Source of the DNA: Acidobacteriota bacterium
GTDB lineage: Bacteria; Acidobacteriota; UBA890; WLXD01
Reading direction: 5' to 3'
DNA length: 64,000 nucleotides
NCBI GenBank assembly: GCA_963666055.2
Contig: CAXWPH010000015.1
Coordinates: forward strand, 352,001 to 416,000
The notes beneath the pieces are model-generated. The model was not told where the DNA came from. It searched no databases and saw nothing but the letters and a program-made list of their open reading frames with translations. The position numbers were made by a program, and so were the translations under genes. Each line of letters opens with the position of its first letter. Within the stretch, counting starts at the first letter, position 1. Below are positions 59,558 through 64,000 of this stretch, piece after piece.

Positions 59558-60181
59558 TCACTCTTGAACCAGGCCGTATATTTTCGCAAACGGATCCCAG
59601 CCAGCTTCGCTATGCCATTCATATTCAGCCCATATCGCGATCTGCTCTGCGGTCTCCTGCCCCAAGATCCTACTGATCACGGCCAGCGACATATCCATTC
59701 CGGCCGAAACCCCTGAGGATGTGAAGAACTTGCCATCCTCCACCCAACGCGCTTCCTTCTCCCACTTCACTTTGTCGCCCTGCGAGGTAGCCCACGCAAA
59801 CGCCTGCTTGTTCGTCGTCGCCCGTACGCCATCCAGTACCCCCGCTCTCGCCAGGAGCGCGCTGCCTGTACATACGGATGTGACGTACTCCGCTCCCATC
59901 GATTGGGTTCGAAGCCATTCCAGTAGTCTTGGGTTGCCTATTTCCGCGCGTGTGCCACCCCCTCCTGGTACAAGCAGAACCTCATATTGGCGTTCTTCGC
60001 CGAATTCATGCTCAACGACCGACTTGGGTCCCTGCGCGCTCGCTACATCTCCGCCGCTTTCTGCGACCATATGAATCTCGAAGCTTTCGGGCGCCATTCC
60101 ATACATTTCCAGCGGCCCGAAAACATCCAGGAGCTCAAATTCTTCGAAGAGAACAACGCCGATTGACCGCACTGATTTCAC
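59558..60181 (-). CDS. DJ-1/PfpI family protein
   Basis: FELLDVFGP, VPGG, SVCTG, SSGVSAG; GTG start. Confidence 0.9.
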   Translation of the reverse strand: MKSVRSIGVVLFEEFELLDVFGPLEMYGMAPESFEIHMVAESGGDVASAQGPKSVVEHEFGEERQYEVLLVPGGGGTRAEIGNPRLLEWLRTQSMGAEYVTSVCTGSALLARAGVLDGVRATTNKQAFAWATSQGDKVKWEKEARWVEDGKFFTSSGVSAGMDMSLAVISRILGQETAEQIAIWAEYEWHSEAGWDPFAKIYGLVQE

Positions 60182-60199
60182 CTCGCCTGTGCTTCTTTC

Positions 60200-60320
60200 A
60201 CATGACGGTAGGTGGCGCTCAGCTGCGGACCCGCCGTAGGCTCCGGCCCAAGCACCCGAGGACCGAAGCTCCGGTGAGGCTACCAAGATCGGTTGGAACG
60301 CGCGGTGGCGTTCAGCCGCG
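60200..60320 (-). other. Two degenerate attC-like right halves
   Basis: Minus strand CGCGGCTGAACGCCACCGCGCGTTCCAAC and CCGCAGCTGAGCGCCACCTACCGTCATGT before the DJ-1 gene. Confidence 0.35.
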
Positions 60321-60388
60321 CCTTCTCGGGCACCTGTAACGTGTAGCGTGCATCCGCGTAGCAACGAACAGAAGGGAGCGCGCAGGAG

Positions 60389-61138
60389 ATGTCCAGCGAC
60401 GACAGGCCGGCAAACAAGGGACGTCGCCAGTTTGCCACAACTCGGTGGAGCCTGGTTCTGGCCGCCGGCGAGAGCGGCTCCGACGATTCGGAGTGCGCTC
60501 TGGCAGAGCTGCGCGAGCAGTACTGGTACCCGCTGTACGCCTATACGCGCCGCCGCGGCTACGACCCCGATGATGCCCGCGACCTGACCCAGGCCTTCTT
60601 CACCAAGCTGCTCGCTGAACGGAACCTGAGGGCCGCCGACCCAACGCGCGGTCGGTTTCGCACCTTCCTGTTGTCTTCCCTGAAGAACTTCCTGGCGGGT
60701 GAATGGCGCAAGGACCATACGCTGAAACGGGGAGGCGCATTCAACGTCCTGTCGCTGGACTTCGACTCGGCCGAGGAGTCCTATCGAGTCGAGCCTTCTC
60801 ACGAGCTGAGCCCGGAGGTGATCTACGAGCGTCGCTGGGCGTTGAGCCTGCTCGAGCGGGCGGTGACCGATCTGCAGAGCCAGTACGCCAAAGCCGGGAA
60901 CCTCGAGCTTTTCAATGCACTCAAGGGTTTTCTGGGAGGCGCAGACGACGTCCTTCCTTACGCCGAGCTGTCACGGCGCCTCGGTCAGAGCGAAGGGGCG
61001 CTGCGCACCGCCGCCTCGCGTTTGCGCTCTCGCTGGCGAAAGCGGCTGCGGGAGCTGGTGGGCGAGACCGTCAGAGATGAGTCCGAGGTCCAGGACGAGC
61101 TGCAGAGTTTGATCGCCTCGGTTGATGCGGGCGTGTAA
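60389..61138 (+). CDS. ECF-type RNA polymerase sigma factor
   Basis: FATTRWSLVLAA, YWYPLYAY, DLTQAFF, GRFRTFL. Confidence 0.9.
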   Translation: MSSDDRPANKGRRQFATTRWSLVLAAGESGSDDSECALAELREQYWYPLYAYTRRRGYDPDDARDLTQAFFTKLLAERNLRAADPTRGRFRTFLLSSLKNFLAGEWRKDHTLKRGGAFNVLSLDFDSAEESYRVEPSHELSPEVIYERRWALSLLERAVTDLQSQYAKAGNLELFNALKGFLGGADDVLPYAELSRRLGQSEGALRTAASRLRSRWRKRLRELVGETVRDESEVQDELQSLIASVDAGV

Positions 61139-61168
61139 CAGTTGGACCCCGATCGCATAGAACCAGGT

Positions 61169-62617
61169 ATGAGCCAAGCACGCATCTGTCCCAACTGTCA
61201 GACTACTGTCCCGGCCGACGCGCCCGAGGGCGTCTGCCCCGCCTGCGCACTGCGCGCTGGATTCGACACCGGGGAAGGGACCGAATCCCCGACCCAGGGG
61301 GCCCCGCCGCGGCGCTCGCAACCGTTGCCGGTCGAAGAGCTCGCCCGCCTGCTCCCAGAGCTCGAGCAGTTCGAGCTGATCGGCCAGGGTGGCATGGGTG
61401 CGGTCTACAGGGCGCGTCACCGGAAGCTCGAGCGGCTGGTTGCTGTCAAGGTGCTCGACTCGGCCCTGCGCAACCACGCTTCGTTTGCCGAGCGTTTCGC
61501 TCGCGAAGCGCGCACCCTGGCGCAGCTCGACCACCCGAACGTGGTGCGGATCTACGACTTCGGCCACCGCAACGATCTCTACTACCTGATCATGGAGCTG
61601 GTCGACGGCGTCAACCTGCGCCAGACAATCGAGGCCGGGGGGCTCGAACCGCACGAGGCGCTCGCAATGGTGCCGCCGATCTGCGAAGCGCTGCAGTACG
61701 CGCACGATCATGGCGTCGTGCACCGGGACATCAAGCCCGAAAATATCCTCGTGGACCGAAACGGCTCGGTAAAGATCGCCGACTTCGGGCTCGCGAAGCT
61801 CGTCGGGGGAGAGCCCGGGCGACGCCTGACCCAGACCGCGCAGATCATGGGGACGCCCAACTACATGGCTCCCGAACAGTTCGAGAATCCGGGCGAGGTC
61901 GACCACCGCGCAGACATCTTCGCACTCGGAGTCGTTCTCTACGAGCTCCTCACCGGTGAGCTGCCGATCGGGCGTTTCCCGCCGCCCTCGAAGAAGGTGC
62001 AGATCGACGTGCGCCTCGACGACGTGGTCCTTCGTACGCTCGAAAAGGAGCCCAGCCTGCGCTATCAGCAGGCCCGCGAGCTGCAGTTCGACGTCGAATC
62101 GCTTTCGACCGGCGGCGACCGGACGGCCGAAGTGCCAGGCGAGTCGAGACCGCGCTCAGAGCGGCAACGAGACTACGAATACCGCTCTGCCGTGACGGTG
62201 TTCGGCTTGCCGCTGGTACACATCGCCTCCGGCCGCGATCCTGAGGGCAAGAGGATGCGCGTCGCCAGCGGCATCATCGCGATCGGCGACGTGGCGATCG
62301 GGGCCGTCGCCATCGGCGTTTTCCCCTTCGGCGGCATCACCATCGGTCCCTTCGGCGTCGGCCTCGTGAGCTTCGGCGGTGCTGTCGCGGGCCTGTTGAC
62401 GGCGATCGGTGGCGTTGCAGTCGGCGGCTTCGCCGTCGGCGGGCTCGCGGCCGGTCTGGTCGCCCTCGGCGTATCGCCCTTCGGCTTCTTTGCGCCGGCG
62501 TTCGCGGTGATCCTGCCAGCGTTGCTGGTGGCAATCGTGGGCCTCGCAATCGGCGCAGTGGCAGCTGCGATCGCCTGGGTAATGGCCGCAAGGGCCCGAC
62601 CCGCTCGGCGCCGCTAA
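61169..62617 (+). CDS. Ser/Thr protein kinase with N-terminal zinc ribbon and C-terminal Gly-rich membrane domain
   Basis: CPNC/CPAC; GQGGMG, VAVK, HRDIKPEN, DFG, APE. Confidence 0.92.
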   Translation: MSQARICPNCQTTVPADAPEGVCPACALRAGFDTGEGTESPTQGAPPRRSQPLPVEELARLLPELEQFELIGQGGMGAVYRARHRKLERLVAVKVLDSALRNHASFAERFAREARTLAQLDHPNVVRIYDFGHRNDLYYLIMELVDGVNLRQTIEAGGLEPHEALAMVPPICEALQYAHDHGVVHRDIKPENILVDRNGSVKIADFGLAKLVGGEPGRRLTQTAQIMGTPNYMAPEQFENPGEVDHRADIFALGVVLYELLTGELPIGRFPPPSKKVQIDVRLDDVVLRTLEKEPSLRYQQARELQFDVESLSTGGDRTAEVPGESRPRSERQRDYEYRSAVTVFGLPLVHIASGRDPEGKRMRVASGIIAIGDVAIGAVAIGVFPFGGITIGPFGVGLVSFGGAVAGLLTAIGGVAVGGFAVGGLAAGLVALGVSPFGFFAPAFAVILPALLVAIVGLAIGAVAAAIAWVMAARARPARRR

Positions 62618-62620
62618 GGG

Positions 62621-62790
62621 TCAACCGCCCGCAAGAGACAGCCGGAAGGCGGCCATCTCCTCACCGTTGCGGACCAGCAGGAGGTCGCCGACCAGCACCG
62701 TGTGATTCCAAGTCTTGCCCTCGATCGCAGAGAGGGCGCGAGCTCCGTGAACCGGTCGGGGCGGCCGCGACCAGCGCCAGCTCACCTTTC
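62621..62790 (-). pseudogene. C-terminal fragment of a PQQ/BamB-like propeller gene
   Basis: IEGKTWNHTVLVGDLLLVRNGEEMAAFRL with no upstream body. Confidence 0.55.
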
Positions 62791-62880
62791 TCCGACAGCA
62801 TGGACACGCTGCCTCCCGTGGACCCTCGCGTGCCCCAGAGGTAGGCTTCAGGCGCTCACCCACCCTGCTTCCGGAGCGCC

Positions 62881-64000
62881 ATGGAACCCGGCACCAAACT
62901 AGGCCATTATGAGATTCTCGCGGCGCTCGGTGCAGGCGGCAGGTCAAGTGTTCGTCTCGGCCGGTGCTACTCGCTTGCAGCGCTGCTACTGGCGATCCTC
63001 ATAACCGCGAGTTGCACAGGGCTTGACCCCGGCCCGTCGCCGTTGAACGCAGAGCTTCCTCTCCACCTCGAGGATCACCTCGATGCTGCAACCATCGTCG
63101 GCTCGGATATTCCCCCCGATGTCCCCGCTACGGTGGAGTGGCGTTTCGATGAACCACCTCCGGAGTGGAAGGTTGCCGTTTCCCCGGACCCATCCTGGCA
63201 CCCATTAGAAGCAACACATACCGAGGATACGCTGCGGCTCTCCCTCACCGAAGCCACCCGCCGCGTGTTCCCGTGGGGACGTAGCGTGTACGGCGGCGTC
63301 TACATCGATTTGCCCGATTGGCAACGTGAGGATTGGGCCTACGTCCTGGTGCAAGCGCGTACCTCGGCAAAGAACCCGTCAGTCGCGGTTCAGTTCAATC
63401 TGCGCGAAGAGGCTGGGCCCACCTTATTCGAGCAATTTCCGTTTCGCTTTTTTGGCGAATTCGCGGATATGGTCAATGACGGCACGGTACAGACGTACCG
63501 GCTGCGGGCCGACTGGTCGGGAGGAACATGGCAAGGTCCATGGCGGCAGCTCGGCCTAACCTTCGCTGCCTCAGAGCCGGCCGGGATCGACCTACTGTCG
63601 GTGCGCGTGATCCCCAAGGAAGCTAACTACGCCGCTGCTTCCGCGGGGGTGCAAACGGAGACGCGTAACCGTGCCTATCGCCGCGCACTCTACATCCATG
63701 CCCCTGGCCGGGTCGACTATCGGGTCCAAGTGCCCGAGGCGGGCCGCCTCGACGTGGGGCTCGGGGTGCTGCGGGACGACGCCCCGGTGACCTTCCGGAT
63801 CACGGCCGCTCCAGCGGGCGGCCAGGCGGAGAGCCTGCTCGAGGAGACCTACGCCGACAAGGAGCGCTGGGACGATCGTTCCGTGGATCTGTCCCATTTG
63901 GCCGGGCGGACAGTGACCCTGCAACTGGAAGCGGAGGCCGAGCGAGCGGGCACCGTGGCGCTGTGGGCGGCGCCAACCGTCAGCGGTTCGCGCACCACCG
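62881..64000 (+). CDS. Open reading frame running off the window: kinase-like leader plus lipoprotein, possibly the N-terminal part of a sulfatase-type protein
   Basis: Manual translation shows no stop: MEPGTKLGHYEILAALGAGG..LLLAILITASC..VDLSHLAGRTVTLQLEA..ALWAAPTVSG. Confidence 0.65.
   Translation, partial: MEPGTKLGHYEILAALGAGGRSSVRLGRCYSLAALLLAILITASCTGLDPGPSPLNAELPLHLEDHLDAATIVGSDIPPDVPATVEWRFDEPPPEWKVAVSPDPSWHPLEATHTEDTLRLSLTEATRRVFPWGRSVYGGVYIDLPDWQREDWAYVLVQARTSAKNPSVAVQFNLREEAGPTLFEQFPFRFFGEFADMVNDGTVQTYRLRADWSGGTWQGPWRQLGLTFAASEPAGIDLLSVRVIPKEANYAAASAGVQTETRNRAYRRALYIHAPGRVDYRVQVPEAGRLDVGLGVLRDDAPVTFRITAAPAGGQAESLLEETYADKERWDDRSVDLSHLAGRTVTLQLEAEAERAGTVALWAAPTVSGSRTT

Overview
GC-rich bacterial window; the gene families present suggest Acidobacteriota (inference only). 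It is a mosaic of mostly exported hydrolases and oxidoreductases, many with Tat signals. It also holds a TonB-dependent receptor with a sigma-54-type promoter, two Thr-type sulfatase-TPR proteins, two toxin-antitoxin pairs (HicAB; AbrB/Doc), ArsR-SRPBCC modules and an ECF sigma/Ser-Thr kinase pair. Several genes are truncated or frameshifted, some probably through sequencing indels. The strongest hidden signal is a cysteine-free ArsM-like methyltransferase (51825-52619, minus strand) whose apparent stop UGA lies at a conserved Cys position and is followed by a SECIS-like hairpin and 55 more in-frame codons, i.e. a probable selenoprotein. Other signals: a 279-bp CTAG-flanked two-armed MITE-like element (3 full copies, 2 solo ends), a Rieske oxygenase alpha subunit with a Tat signal, a 38-bp FG-GAP segment shared between a CRTAC1 gene and the next TPR gene, a kinase N-terminus fused to an unlisted lipoprotein ORF at the right edge, and attC-like half sites in a cassette-like region. 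No rRNA, tRNA or CRISPR array was found. All family assignments are from motif recognition, not database searches.
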